From NCBI RefSeq assembly GCF_009914755.1, contig NC_060928.1: a DNA stretch of 64,000 nt. One strand, 5' to 3'. The translations under genes and the position numbers were made by a program. Under the pieces are notes generated by a model, which was given only the letters and a program-made list of their open reading frames with translations, searched no databases and was not told where the DNA came from. Source of the DNA: the human T2T-CHM13v2.0 reference genome, Homo sapiens. Numbering within the stretch: the stretch's first letter is position 1; the number at the start of each line of letters is the position of its first letter. This document shows, one piece after another, positions 23,510 through 38,014 of this stretch.

Positions 23510-24075
23510 GTTTTTTAAAAAGTCTGGCTTATTGAGGTATCATTTACATAACAGTAAAATTTGTCCTTTTGGGCGTGCTTTCACAAGCAAATACAGTAAT
23601 GTAAGCACTGTAGTAATCAAGATATAGAACAGTAAATAGTCCCCTAAAAGTCCGTTGTGGCCCTTCCCCAGCATCCAGCCCTGGTGAGCACTGTGCTGTT
23701 CTCTGTCTCAGTACCTCTGTTTTTTCCAGAATGTCAGGTAAATTGAATCATATGAATGTAGCCATTTGAGCCTGGCTTTTTTTTTTTACTAGCAGAGTAC
23801 ATTTGAGATTGATTTATGTTGTTGTATATATTAGTAAATTTATTTTTTATTATTTTTTATTTTACTTTTTATTATTGGGTAGTATTCCCATTTGTGGTGT
23901 TTGCAGTTTTTCATAATTGTGAATAATGCTGTGATCATTCATCTACAGGTTTCTCTATGAGCATGGACTTTTATTTCTCTTGGGTAGACACCTAGCAGTG
24001 GGATTGCTGGGTCATACAGTAAATGTACGCTTAACTTCATAAGAAGCTGCCACACTGTTTCCCAAAGTGGCTTTA
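23510..24075 (-). mobile_element. Old L1M 3' fragment
   Basis: ORF 23939-24130 contains LWETVWQLL...YDPAIPLLGVYPREIK (ORF2p C-terminus-like), plus L1M 3' UTR motifs. Confidence 0.7.
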
Positions 24076-24339
24076 ATCTGTTTAGTGTTGCTAAAAAGGA
24101 AGACCGGAGGCTGCTAGCTAAAAGGTTCAAGATTGGGCATGTAGATGGTGAGAGTCTCAGGCTGCTTCCTGAGACTGTTGAGCTATTTCTACCAATAGTC
24201 CCTTAAGTGAAATCTAGGTTTTTCTATCAAGCTCCTCAAAACTCTTTCAGGCTCTACCTATTTCCTCATTTCAAAGGCACATCTGCGTTTTTAGGTATTT
24301 GCTGTTGTAGTACTGTACTTCTTAGTACCGAAATCTATA

Positions 24340-24764
24340 TGTCAGTGTTCTCCAGAGAAACAGAACCAACAGGGTGTGAAGCCGAGGGGGGTGGGGGCAA
24401 GGAGGGATTTATTTTAAAGAATTGGTTCATGTGATTGTGGGGGCTGTCAAACCCGAAATCTGCAGGGTAGGCTGTAAGGCTAGAAATTCTGGCAATAGTT
24501 AATATTTAAATCTTGAGTCCAAAGACAGTCTGGAGGGAGAATTCTTTCCTCTTTGGAGGACCTCAAGTCTTTTTCTCTTAAGGCCTTCAGCTGATTGGAT
24601 ATGGCCTACCCACATTATGGAGGGTAACCTGCTTTACTCAAAGTCAATGAATTTAAATGTTCATCCCAACTAAAAAAATATCTTAACAACATCCAGACTG
24701 GTGTTTGACCAAACAACTGGATGCCATAGCCTAGCCAAGTTGACCTATAAAATTAACCATCACA
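24340..24764 (-). mobile_element. MLT2 (ERVL) solo LTR
   Basis: ttctccagagaaacagaaccaa...aaaattaaccatcaca termini. Confidence 0.8.
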
Positions 24765-25310
24765 GTCTGTAATAAAAATTGTTGTGATGGTGTTTCTCTT
24801 GGGTAATTGTATCAGAAAAATGTCATTAGTTTAGTGTCATGGGTTTCAGAGAAGTGAGGTGTTATATACGGTGTGAGAAACTTTCAGCATCAATGATTAA
24901 CATGCACAATAATCTTTTTACATTAGTGGCTTTATTTTAAAGATTGCACAGTTATACCATTTTAAAAATGGGAAAAGGGAGGCTTACTAGTTAGATACAG
25001 AAGATGGCAGAGCCTGGATTTGAACCCCTGTCTGCCTCACTTATCCACTGTATTACACCATTTGTTGGCTAGTTATTGGTGTGGATGGTGAACATGTAAA
25101 AACTATCTGCTTGGAGGAAACCCAATAATTCAAATGTAGCTTTATGAAGTATTAAATTACAGTGATGGATAAGTAGTAAATAACTATCTTCATGATGTGA
25201 AGTTTTAAAATTGTTTTTAATCTAAAATACAAAAAGTTAATGTGACAAACATTTGTATATATGATCCACAGTCAACAGGTATTTGCTTCAGATTTTTTAA
25301 TAAAAGAAAA

Positions 25311-25380
25311 AAATTACTGATACCGCTGTACATACCCTTAATTCCAAATTACTGATACTGTTGTACATACCCTTAATTCC
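25311..25380. repeat. 35-bp tandem duplication
   Basis: aaattactgatac(c/t)g(c/t)tgtacatacccttaattcc at 25311-25345 and 25346-25380. Confidence 0.9.
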
Positions 25381-25489
25381 ATTCCCCTCTTCCCGCCCTT
25401 CTTTCTTACACAGACAAAACTCTTATGAATTTGATATGTTTTTTTTATGTTTTTATACTTTTTATAATAAACATGTATGTTAAAACAGA

Positions 25490-25779
25490 TTTTTTTTTTT
25501 TTTTTTGAGATAGGGTCTTGCTTTGTCACCCGGGCTGAAGTACAGTGGCGTGATCATGGCTCACTGCAGCCTTGACCTCCTGGGCTCAGGTGATTCTCCC
25601 ACCTCAGCCTTCTGAGCAGCTGGGACTACAGGCATGCACCACCAGGCCTGGCTAATTTTTTGTGGAGACTGGGTCTTGCCATGTTGCCCAGGCTGGTTTT
25701 GAATTCTGGGCTGAAGCCATCTGCCTGCCTCAGCCTCCCAAAGTGCTGGGATTATAGGCATGAGCCACTGCACCTGGCT
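25490..25779 (-). mobile_element. Alu (AluJ-like), antisense
   Basis: Poly(T) plus reverse Alu dimer. Confidence 0.92.
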
Positions 25780-26545
25780 AGACAAAGATCTTTTTACATT
25801 AATGTCTTTGTTTTTAAAAATGAACACTTACACATCTTATGTATGCATCATATTTATAATTTCATACTCATAAGCAAAATCTCATATCCATAAACAATAT
25901 GATAATACTAGTTAATACTTACAAAGTAATTGTTATACACCAGCCTTGGTTTAAGCACTCTTACATGTATTCACTCATTTAATCCTAAAGCAGTCCCATG
26001 TGTTATCTACTCTTACTCTCCCCCATTTTACAAATGAGGACACAGGCATGGAGAAGTTAAATAACTTGCCCAAGGGTCACAAGCTCTGAGTGACAGAGCT
26101 ACTACCTTTTATAAGTAGCATTGTTTTAAGTGTTAAAACACAACTTACATAAATGCCATCATATTTTACTGAACATGCAAATACTTGATTTTCACTCAGC
26201 ATTGTTCTTGAGATTCTATTCATTTTGCTAAGTTTAGATCTAGTTAATTCCATCAAAGTGCTCTGCTTTATGGTTTCCATCATATGACTCTACCATCTTT
26301 TCCTTGTCCATGTTCATATTAATGGATGTTTAGTGTTGTTTCTCTAAATTCTCTATATTGCAAGAAAATGCTGCAGTAAACTTGCCTGCACTCATCTTCT
26401 TGTGCACACATGTTAGCGTCTCTGCATTACCTACCCGCTAGCACAGTGGCATGGTCAAGGGTATTTACATTTTCAACTTATCTAGATATTGACAGAATTT
26501 CCCCCCAAAATGTTTATGTCTAGGTTCACAGTTTATATTTCCACT

Positions 26546-27084
26546 TGTGAGAGACTGAATATTCCTATGGACAATGGCCAGGCCATATATAAATAAACAT
26601 GGAGCTGAGACCCACAATCTGCAGCAACCTGCCCGGGAAACCAACCTCTTATCTGCAATAAGCAGCCCAGGAAGCCAGCCTGCTATAAGTCAGACTTGCA
26701 GGCAGCCTGATTGCCATCTGTCTCGATAACTTCTGTAACAGTGGGCCCAAATAGGCCAGGATGTGATTAATAATCAGCAGCTTCCCTAATTTTTGTTCCT
26801 ACTTCCAACTTAGGGCCAACCAGAGAAAGCCAAATACACACCCTTAACCAGTCACATAGGATGCCCCACTTCTAGTTAGCCCACCTGCAGCTTCCCCAGA
26901 CTAGCAGCCTCCAATCAGAGTGTACCTGAAGCCTTCCCTCTTTCCACTGTAAAGCTTTTCCACTCCTCTGCTTGATTTTGAGTCTCTGCCACAACACAAG
27001 TGACAGTGGCTGACTCTCTTGCTATAGCAGCTCTGAAAAAATAGCCTTTGCTCTTCTCATTTGGTTGATCTTTATATATTTCCA
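26546..27084 (+). mobile_element. ERV1 solo LTR (MER34/MER39-like)
   Basis: TG...CA termini; gacccacaatctgcagcaacctgcccgggaaaccaacc...ctataagtcagacttgcagg motif; family assigned by eye. Confidence 0.6.
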
Positions 27085-27783
27085 TGGTTGCGATATGGTT
27101 CCCATCATTTCAGTTTATCTTCCTACCAACTGCCTATGAGGTTTCTGTTTTCCCCACACCTTCACCATATTGATATAATCTCATTTTTAAACTTAGGCCA
27201 GTCTGATGAGTGCAAATGACAATTCACTCGTCTTCATTTGCATTTGCCTGATTATTAGTGAGATGGAGCCTTTATTTGAGATGGTTCTTCCCAGAGGTAA
27301 AGGTTTTATAAACAAGGAGTTATAAAATGAACCTTTTAAAACAGGTGAGGATACAAGTATCAAGTGGTTTAGCTTTATTTGTTTCTGAGGAAAATGGCCT
27401 AGAACTGTTATCCTAGACTTTTTATTTTAAGCAGAAAAGGTCTTATTATTTTTTCCACACTAAATTTTAAGCAGGGCTTTTAACATGAAAACTGGAATAC
27501 CTCAGGTAAAGCCAGTAGTTTAGTTCTATATACCTGGCCTGCTGCCCTTCCTATCTGGCTTATCCTGCCTTGGATCACCTGAGGCACTTGGTGGAATGTT
27601 AGGGCTGGGGATGGAGAGGGAGGAGAGGAGAGCTGGTAACCTATATGATGCCTTAGGATGCCTCCTGATTTGAGAATTTGATGAAATTCTATTTTTTATC
27701 ACTCCCAATCTCAGTGTAGAAGGGTAACTTCATAAGCTTTACAAGACTTTGAGCTAAATGTATTTTCTTTTGTGTTCTGGCAG

Positions 27784-27967
27784 GCAGGAATTTGTGGATG
27801 CTTATGTGAATTATGTCTTCCAAATCTCAGTTCATGAATGGTACACAGCCTTCTCTAGTGGCTTCCTAAAGGTGTGTGGTGGCAAAGTACTTGAGCTCTT
27901 CCAGCCTTCAGAACTGAGGGCTATGATGGTGGGGAACAGCAACTACAACTGGGAAGAACTGGAAGAG
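27784..27967 (+). CDS. HERC3: HERC3 coding exon (HECT)
   Basis: ggcag|G acceptor, GAG|gtaagc donor; 184 nt encoding (R)QEFVDAYVNYVF...LFQPSELRAMMVGNSNYNWEELEE. Confidence 0.96.
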
Positions 27968-28193
27968 GTAAGCACAAAAGATCCTTTAACTCCTTTAACT
28001 CCGGCGAAGCAGCAGCAGCCTGGGGAGGTGTTCCCAGAGCCTGGTCTCGTTCCAAGCATACTGTGGTTGAGTTAGATTTAGAGGTGTCCTGTATCTCAGC
28101 ACTTATTTCTTAGCCTCAAATGCAAATGATATATAATGTCCACTATAATATTCTTCCAAGATACATTTTTTTCTTTTTCTCTTTTTTGGACAG

Positions 28194-28296
28194 ACTGCCA
28201 TCTACAAGGGAGATTACTCGGCCACACATCCCACTGTAAAACTATTTTGGGAAACATTTCATGAGTTTCCATTGGAAAAGAAGAAGAAGTTTCTCT
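28194..28296 (+). CDS. HERC3: HERC3 coding exon (HECT C-lobe)
   Basis: gacag| acceptor, T|gtaagt donor; 103 nt encoding TAIYKGDYSATHPTVKLFWETFHEFPLEKKKKFL. Confidence 0.96.
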
Positions 28297-28487
28297 GTAA
28301 GTATCAGTAATCTCAATATGGTATTTGTCTACATTTTAGTCTTACATACAGTATAGGATGACATGCTCCACAGCTGAGGCTTAACTCATTTAAATGGTAA
28401 AGACCAGGTAATTCACTATATGTATGCTTTTTGTCTTAATGTTATCTCAGGCACAATATAGGTTGTTAATCCAGATCTGTTGCCTAA

Positions 28488-28859
<372 letters not shown>

Positions 28860-30437
28860 TAAATTATTCTAAAAATACCAATTATTTTATATGTAAGTTA
28901 TTCAAGTATTCCATTTATGAAGTCAAATTGTTTGGATTAACCTCTCTTATCTCTCTAGCCTTTAAAATATATTACAAAGTATCCAGATGGAACTGGGAAG
29001 GTGTGATTTATAGCAGCTTTATTGGGCTATAATTTATATACCATACTCATTTAAAGTGTATATTTCAGTATACACACAGTTGTGAAACTAACACACAGTC
29101 AATTGTAGAATACATTCATAACCTCAAAAAAGAAACCCCATACCTATTAGCAGTCATTCTCCATTTCTTCCCAGCTCCCCCACCAGTCTTTCTGTCTCTA
29201 TGGATTTGCCTATTCTGGATATTTCATGCAAATTGAATCATATAATATGTAGACCTTTGTGGCTGGCTGAATGACATTTGAGAAGGGTAATAATACCTTT
29301 GGAAAGGAGAATGAATTCTAATTTACATGAACAAATTCAGCCTTTTAAAAATGGTTGAAATATTTCTCAGTTTGTGTCTGTGTGTAATCAGCGTCAGAAA
29401 TTAGCTAGTGCATAGTATGGAATTTTAGTCATGTAAAATCAAAGCACAGGGTTTGATAGGCAGTCTATTTTGCTTTATAAGATGGAGCATATATTAGTAT
29501 TAATGTAGGACTTAACAGGTTCTGCTGCTCACATGGGAGCAAGGATGAGAGGAAGTGGAGATCTTACACAAGAATTCTTAAAAAGAGGGACCACTTCTCC
29601 TCTGCCTGGCTGCATTGGCTATTGAGAAGCAGTAGTGGAAGAGCTGAATGACAGGTTAAGGTTTGCCAAGTGAGCTTGTAGGGCTGTGACATTCAAGAGA
29701 TGCCTGCTCATGGTCCTGGAATTTCCCTAGAAAATGGCACTTTCTGTTCATTAGACTTACAGAAATGTTTGTTAACTCTGGAGATTTTTGGCAAGAAACT
29801 TTATGTATCACAGCCTCAGGGAATGGCAGGTTATTTGAAAGTGCTTCTTAACTAATGATTTTCTTATAGTAATTTCCAGCAATTCAACTATGAGAGTGTT
29901 GTTCAGCACTAGAAAACAAGGAGCTGTCTTTCTCTGTCTGTCTCCCTCTCTCTCTTTTGCCAAGTCACAGTGCATGTCACAAGAGTGCAATGTCTAACAT
30001 AATGTTTGGGTCAGCTCTTCGGGTTTAAGAAAAATGGAGACGTGGAAAGGAGAGCAAATAGATCCTAAATGGAATTCCGTAGACAAGGTGGTACAGGCAT
30101 CAGGCACTTGAGGTGAGAGGAGACCCTGAGGTCAGAGACTTCAGTCTTCTTCTGTTTTCCCCTTAAGATCAGCTCCTCTTTTCCTATGACAGCAATTCCT
30201 TCCCTCTTTGATTTTGTGAAATCTAACATTTGTGAGGGTGTACATTTGATTGAGGCCTTTTTTTTTTCTTAACGGCATCTAATTTTCATTCCACAGGATG
30301 CATATTGGCACATAAATGTAATTGTACTTCTCATGCAAGCCACAGGGTGTCATGCCTTCCTCTCCTGTTGCCAGAAGGATCTCTGAGATCCATTTTCCGT
30401 TTGCTTAGCTGCTAATGCCATTTCTCGTTCTCCCCAG

Positions 30438-30646
30438 TGTTCCTGACAGGCAGCGATCGGATTCCCATCTACGGCATGGCCAGTCTGCAGATTGTCATCC
30501 AGTCCACAGCCAGCGGGGAGGAGTACTTGCCGGTGGCCCACACTTGCTACAACCTTCTTGACCTCCCCAAGTACAGCAGCAAAGAGATTCTGAGTGCCCG
30601 GCTGACCCAGGCCCTTGACAACTATGAAGGGTTTAGTTTGGCCTGA
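30438..30646 (+). CDS. HERC3: HERC3 final coding exon with the HECT catalytic cysteine
   Basis: ccccag| acceptor; (L)FLTGSDRIP...LPVAHTCYNLLDLPKY...EGFSLA-TGA; Cys codon at 30545-30547. Confidence 0.97.
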
Positions 30647-32225
30647 GGCTTCTCAGCTTGTCCAGTATTTCCCTTCGTTCCTCAGTGTCCACATTGAGGC
30701 CTATACAGAAAATCATGGGGAGTGATTTCTATTTTTTTATTGTCTAAGTGGGTTGGGACTTTTAAATACTGAGCCTGGTTGATGTGTTTCTGGGATTGTA
30801 TAGCAGTAAACAACCTTTTTGAAAAATTAGAGGTTGGGGATGGGGTGAAAAATTGGCCCTTGTATGGGAGGTGTTTTTGTTTTTGTTTTAAACCAAACTA
30901 CCCAGTATTCCTTGCACTTGTGAATGTGTTGCACTCTGCTGGATGAAATGGCAGTGGATTTTTAAACTTTAATTTCCCAAATGTCTCTCTCAGCCCTGAT
31001 GTTTTCTCACAGTGCTTCCTTGTCCTTCTCTTAACTTCTCATTCCTCTATAAGAATGATTTAGACTGACCTGTCCTTTTTTATCTGCGCATGCGAGAACA
31101 TCACCTTCCTCTGTACACTTGGAAATGCCTCTGGCTTGTTGCAGCCCTCCTTTAACCCAAAGGAGGAAAGGACTGCTTCAGAAACTCCCAATTCCAAAAA
31201 GCTGAGTCTGGGTCCATTATTTTGGCAGAACTCCTAAGAATTTATGGGAGCCTATATAAACATATCTTGCTTTTAAAAAGTTCTTGAGGGAATAGCAACT
31301 TTCCCATGGCTGTGCCTATTTCCTAGACCTTTTAAAAGATGTGCAGAGCAGCTTAGCATTCGTTGCAGCTGAGCCTAATTTTTTCTTGCTCATCCTTGTC
31401 CCTTTGACAATAAGGTTAATTGATAGACCCACCACCTCTTGCACTCTCGCTTTTGGAGCAAGTTGCATTAACTATTTTGAGTCTCTATATTGTCCAAGAA
31501 AAGTAGAAATAATAAATTTACTTTCCCTTTTTCTGTCACCTTATGTCCTCTACCATTTTCTCCTTCCTCCCTTCCCTTATTTTCTCCTTTTCGTACCCTG
31601 TGTCCTCCCTGATTTTCCTTTCGTTTCTTCTTTATTTTATCCCATTCTCTGTTACTTGACTCAGTGCTCCCTTCCTCTCCTCTCCTTCTAGTGGATGCAT
31701 GCAGCCTTTTTTTCAATTTTTATTTAAATTGCAAAATTTTTACTCAGATTTTTTTTCCTCTTCCCTAATTGCTAAGATTTAAGGACGTTCTTTATTATGA
31801 AACTTTATCACATTCGAAATGTTTGTTTACAGTGGGATTTTAGGGGGGATTGTGTTTAAATCAAATATATGTATTTTAAAAATAATGACATGCTCAACCT
31901 TCCTCATCATGGAGTAAGAAAATTCTACATGATTAAAGAATCCATGTAAGTCTAATTTTAAATTCCTAGTAACTAGAGAAAAGACTTATTTATATAAAAT
32001 GAAGTATTTATGAACTGTGATAAAGCATCAAATCTTGATGAAGGATTGTAGATTTTTGCTTTTTCTTTTTGTTTTTAAAACTTATTCCAATTGCTAAATT
32101 GGTAGTTTTTCAGTCTTTATAAATACAGGATTAAAAATATATATACAGTTATATGAAATGTTTATTTTCTATGTGTGTGCATATAGTTCAATATTATGCA
32201 ATAAATTTGGTGTTTTAACTTAAAA
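30647..32225 (+). other. HERC3: HERC3 3' UTR
   Basis: AT-rich, repeat-free; AATAAA at 31511 and 32200; end approximate. Confidence 0.8.
32200..32205 (+). terminator. HERC3: HERC3 distal poly(A) signal AATAAA
   Basis: gcaataaatttggtgttttaac followed by a U-rich downstream element. Confidence 0.75.
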
Positions 32226-33469
32226 CTATTTCTTATTGTACTTGCAGAATGGATAGCTTGCTTTTAGTAGAAGCATTAGGTCGTATACTCAGATAATCTA
32301 ATAGAAGGTCAGATTTGATTCCTGCATAAGAAAGTAGAGCCAAGTGCTGCAGAAATGGAGAAGAAAGCAGGGGCAAGGAGCAGATGGCATTAAGGAAGAA
32401 TGAAGTTTTTGAAGGTTGGGATGGACGAAAAGGTGTTTCTCATGGAGAGGGATGCTTTAGCAAAGGCTCAAACATTGGGGCATATTTAGGCAAGAGCCAA
32501 GAACAGTTTGAAGGGAACATCAGAGGAAATAGGCAAATAATAGTAAATAATGGTAAGTAAGACTTGGGAGAAAGAAGGTAGATTTGGGGCTGAGGAACTA
32601 GCCTAACACTGGAACTTTAGTAGTAGCCAAGTAGGATTTGTTTCAATGTTCAGAACTTGAGGGTGATAAGACCTGAGCCGGGTCTTAAGAAGGAAAATGT
32701 GGATGGTCTAAATCTGGAGGTATTGAGGTGGGAAGGACTGAAGCAGAAAGACAGGAGCTGAGACAGCAGTGACAGTGGCAGCAGCAGAACTAGAGAAGAG
32801 TATCTGAGGAGAGGTAGGGGGAGTGAGTGGAGGTGGTAGGAGCCTGCAGGGAGAAGGAGGCACTAAAGGTGGATCAGAGACTGGTTCATTTAGTGATTGG
32901 TGATTGTTAGGCCATTTAAGCACACCAAAAGTTTGTGAGACACAGCAAAAAAAAAAAAAAAAGAAAGGATTTTAAGTAAATTGGTAAAGCAAGTAAAATG
33001 TATTGTTTTGCCAGATTAAAAAGGTGGTTTAAAGGTGGTAAAGAGAATAGGAGCTTTCCATTAATAAGCTCCATTCAACAAACATTTAATAATCTACATA
33101 AGTGCTACATTTGAGGAGTTAAAAACAAACCCCACTACATTTAATTTTGCACAGAAATTGCCAAATTATTTTAACTAACTTTGAGGCCTCAGAATTCTCA
33201 TCCATGAAATGAGATTGGATCAGATGATTTCTAAGGTTACTTTGAGCTCTAAAATTTTATAATTCCATTACTGAGAGAGTGCCTGAACATAGAGATACCC
33301 AATACATATTTCTAAAGATTTGTTGCATGAATGATATCTTATGCTGCTTCTAAAACACTATGATTTTTCTAAGATAGTTTCCTTTTCCCCTTCATTACCA
33401 ATGCTTTAGAAGACTTAAATCTTCTGCATAGGCATTTCTGGATTTGCCTACCCACCTACCAACCTTCCC

Positions 33470-33951
33470 TCCCCTGAAAACTTTCAGATGCTTCTTCATT
33501 GTTTTAGTCATTTACCACTTTAATGAAATTATCTGGCAACTTTATTGTGGTGGGTGGGGATCAATGACGGTGTAATGAGGCAATTAGCAAATTCTGATAG
33601 TTCCATCTACTCCATGTGAAAGTCTCTTGATGTTTTATATGGTACTCTTATTAATAATCCCAGAGAGCAGGGGTTGGCAAACTATGGCCCATGGGCTAAA
33701 ATGGTTTTTACATTTTAAAAGGGTTGAAAACTTTAAAACTGGAAGGATACATGACAGAGACTGGATGGCCTACAATGCCTAACATATTATCTAGCCCTTT
33801 ACAGAAAACAACTGACCAATCCTTATGAGACCAGACTTGCAAAAATTACAGTAACAGAGTGAAAAACCTTCTTGAAGTGTTAGGAGGAACTTGAGTCATA
33901 ATTTGATGTTGAATCAGAGAGAACAACTGTTTGGGCTTATTTGCCTCAGAG
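33470..33951 (+). ncRNA. FAM13A-AS1: Candidate first exon of an antisense lncRNA (FAM13A-AS1-like); start uncertain
   Basis: Strong donor GAG|gtaaga at 33952. A + strand lncRNA between HERC3 and FAM13A is known, but the exon start cannot be determined from sequence. Confidence 0.4.
33668..33825. mobile_element. MER58-like hAT-Charlie fragment
   Basis: caggggttggcaaactatggccc...ccctttacagaaaa. Confidence 0.6.
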
Positions 33952-34508
33952 GTAAGAAAATCAAGTTTTAACTAAGATTAACCCACAGAAGTAGATATTA
34001 ATACTAAGGTTTCGACCTAATAATAACTAACCTGTATTAATTGTGTGCAGTGTACCAGACCCATATGAGATCCTGCACCAACATTTGCTATGCACTAACT
34101 AGTTTAATTGCCATTACCAGGGTCCTCCTGGCTCTGCTATTTACTAGCTGTTTGACCTTGGGCAGGTTTCTTAACCTATGTCTCATTTTCTTCCTCTTCA
34201 AAATGAGAACAGAAATAGTGCCTACCTCATGGAGTTGTTGTGAGGATTAAATGAATTAATGGAAAGCATATAGAATAGCGCTTAGCACATAATAAGCTCT
34301 CAGTACTTAGAATTACCATTATCCCAGTTTTTCACATGAAGGAATTAATTAGAGAAAATAGTTGCTCATTATCACAAAATAGTGGGACCTGGACTTGACC
34401 ATTAATCTGTGTTATGCCCAGCTGCTAGAGATGGGCAACAAATTGGATTAAGGCTGCTCAGTAGCCAAATAAAAAGGAATGTTGTAATGTGGCAGGTAAC
34501 TTCTTTGA

Positions 34509-34600
34509 CCACATATCTGCAAAGACATCGCACCGAGTTCCACGTATCTGCAAAGACATCGCACTGAGTTCCACGTATCTGCAAAGACATCACACTGAAT
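34509..34600. repeat. 31-bp minisatellite, about 3 copies
   Basis: ccac(a/g)tatctgcaaagacatcgcac(c/t)gagtt starting at 34509, 34540 and 34571. Confidence 0.9.
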
Positions 34601-34782
34601 TTTGTTTTGCTGCCAGTGTGCAATTCAGTAGTGATCAGTGCAGTTCTCATGTCATTTGCAGTGGGTCTCAAGTGAAGCTGGAGGTCTCTGTTGGTAGTTA
34701 GTAGCCAGGAACCAGGTATGCTTAATGCCTTGCATTGCATAGAACAATTCCTCTTTATCCTGCCCAAGATGCCAGTGGGCAC

Positions 34783-35134
34783 TGCTATGGTCTGAATGTT
34801 TGTTTCCCTCTTAAAATTTATGTGTTGAAACCTAGCCCCCAAGATGATGGTATTAGGAGGTGAGGTCTTTGGGAGGTGATTATATCATAAGGGCAGAACC
34901 CTCATGAGTGGTATTAGTTCCCTTATAAAAGAGAACCCAGAGAGGTGCCTTGCCTTCCCTACCATGTGAGGACACAGCAAGAAGGCACAATCTGTGAGAA
35001 AGTAGGCCCTCGCCAGACACCACCAGTGCTTTGATCTTGGATTTCCCAGCCTCCAGAACTGTGAAAAATGATTTTCTGTTGTAAATTACCTAGTGTTTGG
35101 CATTTTGTTATAGTGGCTTGACTGGACTAAGACA
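34783..35134 (+). mobile_element. MaLR solo LTR (MLT1A/MST-like)
   Basis: tgctatggtctgaatg...gactaagaca termini; flanked by ggcac / ggccc. Confidence 0.8.
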
Positions 35135-36695
35135 GGCCCCTTTGTAAAACACTGAGAGAGGGATGGACTTCATACCCTTTAGGGGATCCTTCTCTGTAGA
35201 ATTCTTTTTTTCAGAAGATTTTTTTTTTTCTTTTATTAATAAGCTTTTTATTTTTGAATACTTTTTTATTGGTACATAGTTGTACGTATTATGGGGTACT
35301 TGTGGTATTTTGATACAAGCATACAATGAATGCATAATGATTAAATCTGGGTAATTAAGATATCAAAACATCTATCATTTCTTTTTGTTGGTTACATTCC
35401 AAATCTTCTAGCTATTTTTAAACATACAATAAATTATTAACTATAGCCACCCTATTGTGCTATCAAACAATAGAGCTTATTCCATTTAACTGTTATTTTT
35501 GTACCCATTAACCAACCTCTTTTTATCCCTCTCCTCCTAGTATTTGCCCAGCCTCTGGTAACTATCATTCTATTCTCTACCTCCATGAGAGCAACTTTCT
35601 TAGCTCCCACATGTGAATGAGAACATGCAATATTTGTCTTTCTGTGCCTGGCTTATTTCAGTTAACATCGTGACCTCCAGTTCCATCCATGTTGCTGCAA
35701 ATGGTAAGATTTCATTCTTTTTTCATGACTGAATAATATTCCCTCATGTTTATAGACCACATTTTCTTTATCCATTCATCTGTTGATGGATACTTAGGTT
35801 GAGTCTATATCGTGGTTATTGTGAACAGTGCTGCAACAAACTTGGGAATGCAGATGTCTCTTTGACATACTGATTTCCTTTCAAATTTTGGGCATATACG
35901 TAGTAGTGGGATTGCTGGATCATATAGTAGATCTATTTTTAGTTTTTTGAGGAATCTCCATACTGTTTTCTATACTGGCACTAATTTACATTCCCACCAA
36001 AGGGTGTGAGCATTCCCCTTTCTCTGCATTCCTGCCAGTGTCTGTTATTTTTTGTCTTTTAGATAACAGCCATTTTAACAAGGATGAGATGGTATCTCAC
36101 TGTGGTTTTGATTTTCATTTCCCTCATTATTAGTGATATTGAGTATTTTTTCTAATACCTGTTGTCTATTTATATGTCTTCTTTTGAGAAATGTCTATTT
36201 AGATCATTTGCCCATTTCTAAATCACATTTTTTTTTTTTACTCTTGAATTGTTTGAGTTCTTTATACATTCTGGTTAATCTTTTATTGGATAGACAGTTT
36301 GCAAATATCTCCTCCCATTCTGTAGGTTGTATCTTTACTCTGTTGATTGTTCCCACTCCTGTGCAGAAGCTTTTTAGCTTTATGTAATCATATTTATCTA
36401 TTCTTGCTGTTGCTGCCTGTGCTTTTGAGGTCTTACCCAAAAATCTTTGCTCAGACCAGTGTCCTGAAGCATTTCCCCAATGTTTTTCTTCTAGCAGTTT
36501 TATATAATAGTTTCAGGTCTTAATTTCATCAATTTCGATTTGTTTTTTATACATAGTGAGAGGTATGGAATCTAGTTTCATTCTTCTGCATATGGATATC
36601 CAGTTTTCTCAGCACCAGTTATTGAAGAGGCTGTCCGTTTTCTAATGTATGTTCTTGGCACCATTGTCAAAAATGACTTGGTTGTAAACATGTGA

Positions 36696-37091
<396 letters not shown>

Positions 37092-37777
37092 TGTAGTATA
37101 TTTTTAAGTCAGGTAATGTGATGCCTTCAGCTTTTTTTTCTCAGGGTTGCTTTGGCTATTAGGAGTCTTTTGTGATACATACGAATTTTAGAATAGTTTT
37201 TTTTTTATTTCTGTGAAGAATTTTATTGGTATTTTAATAGGGCTTGCATTGAATCTGTAGATTGCCATGGGTACTATAGATATTTAACAGTATTAGCTCT
37301 TTCAATCCATCAGCATGGGAAATCTTTCCATTTATTTTTGTCTTCTTCCATTTCTTTCATCAGTGTTTTATGTTTTCATTATAGAGATCCTTCACTTTGG
37401 TTAAATTTATTCCTGGGTATTTAATTTTTTGTAGCTATTGTAAATAGGATTGTTTTCTTGATTTCTTTTTCAAATTGTTAGCTATTGGTGTATAGAAATG
37501 CTACTGATTTTTGTATGTTGATTTTGTATCCTGTAACTGTACTGAATTTTTCAGTTCTAATAGTTTTTGGTGGAGTCTTTAGATTTTTCTAAATATGAGA
37601 TCATGTTGCCTGTGAACAAGGATACATGTTCTTGCCTGTGAGAGGAAGAACAAGGCTTCTTCCTCTCCAATTTGGATGCCGCTTCTTTCTTGCCTAATTG
37701 CCCTGGCTAGGACTTCTAGTACTGTGTTGAATAAAAGTGGTGAAAGTGGGCATCTTTATCTTCTTCCAGATCTTTGA

Positions 37778-38014
<237 letters not shown>

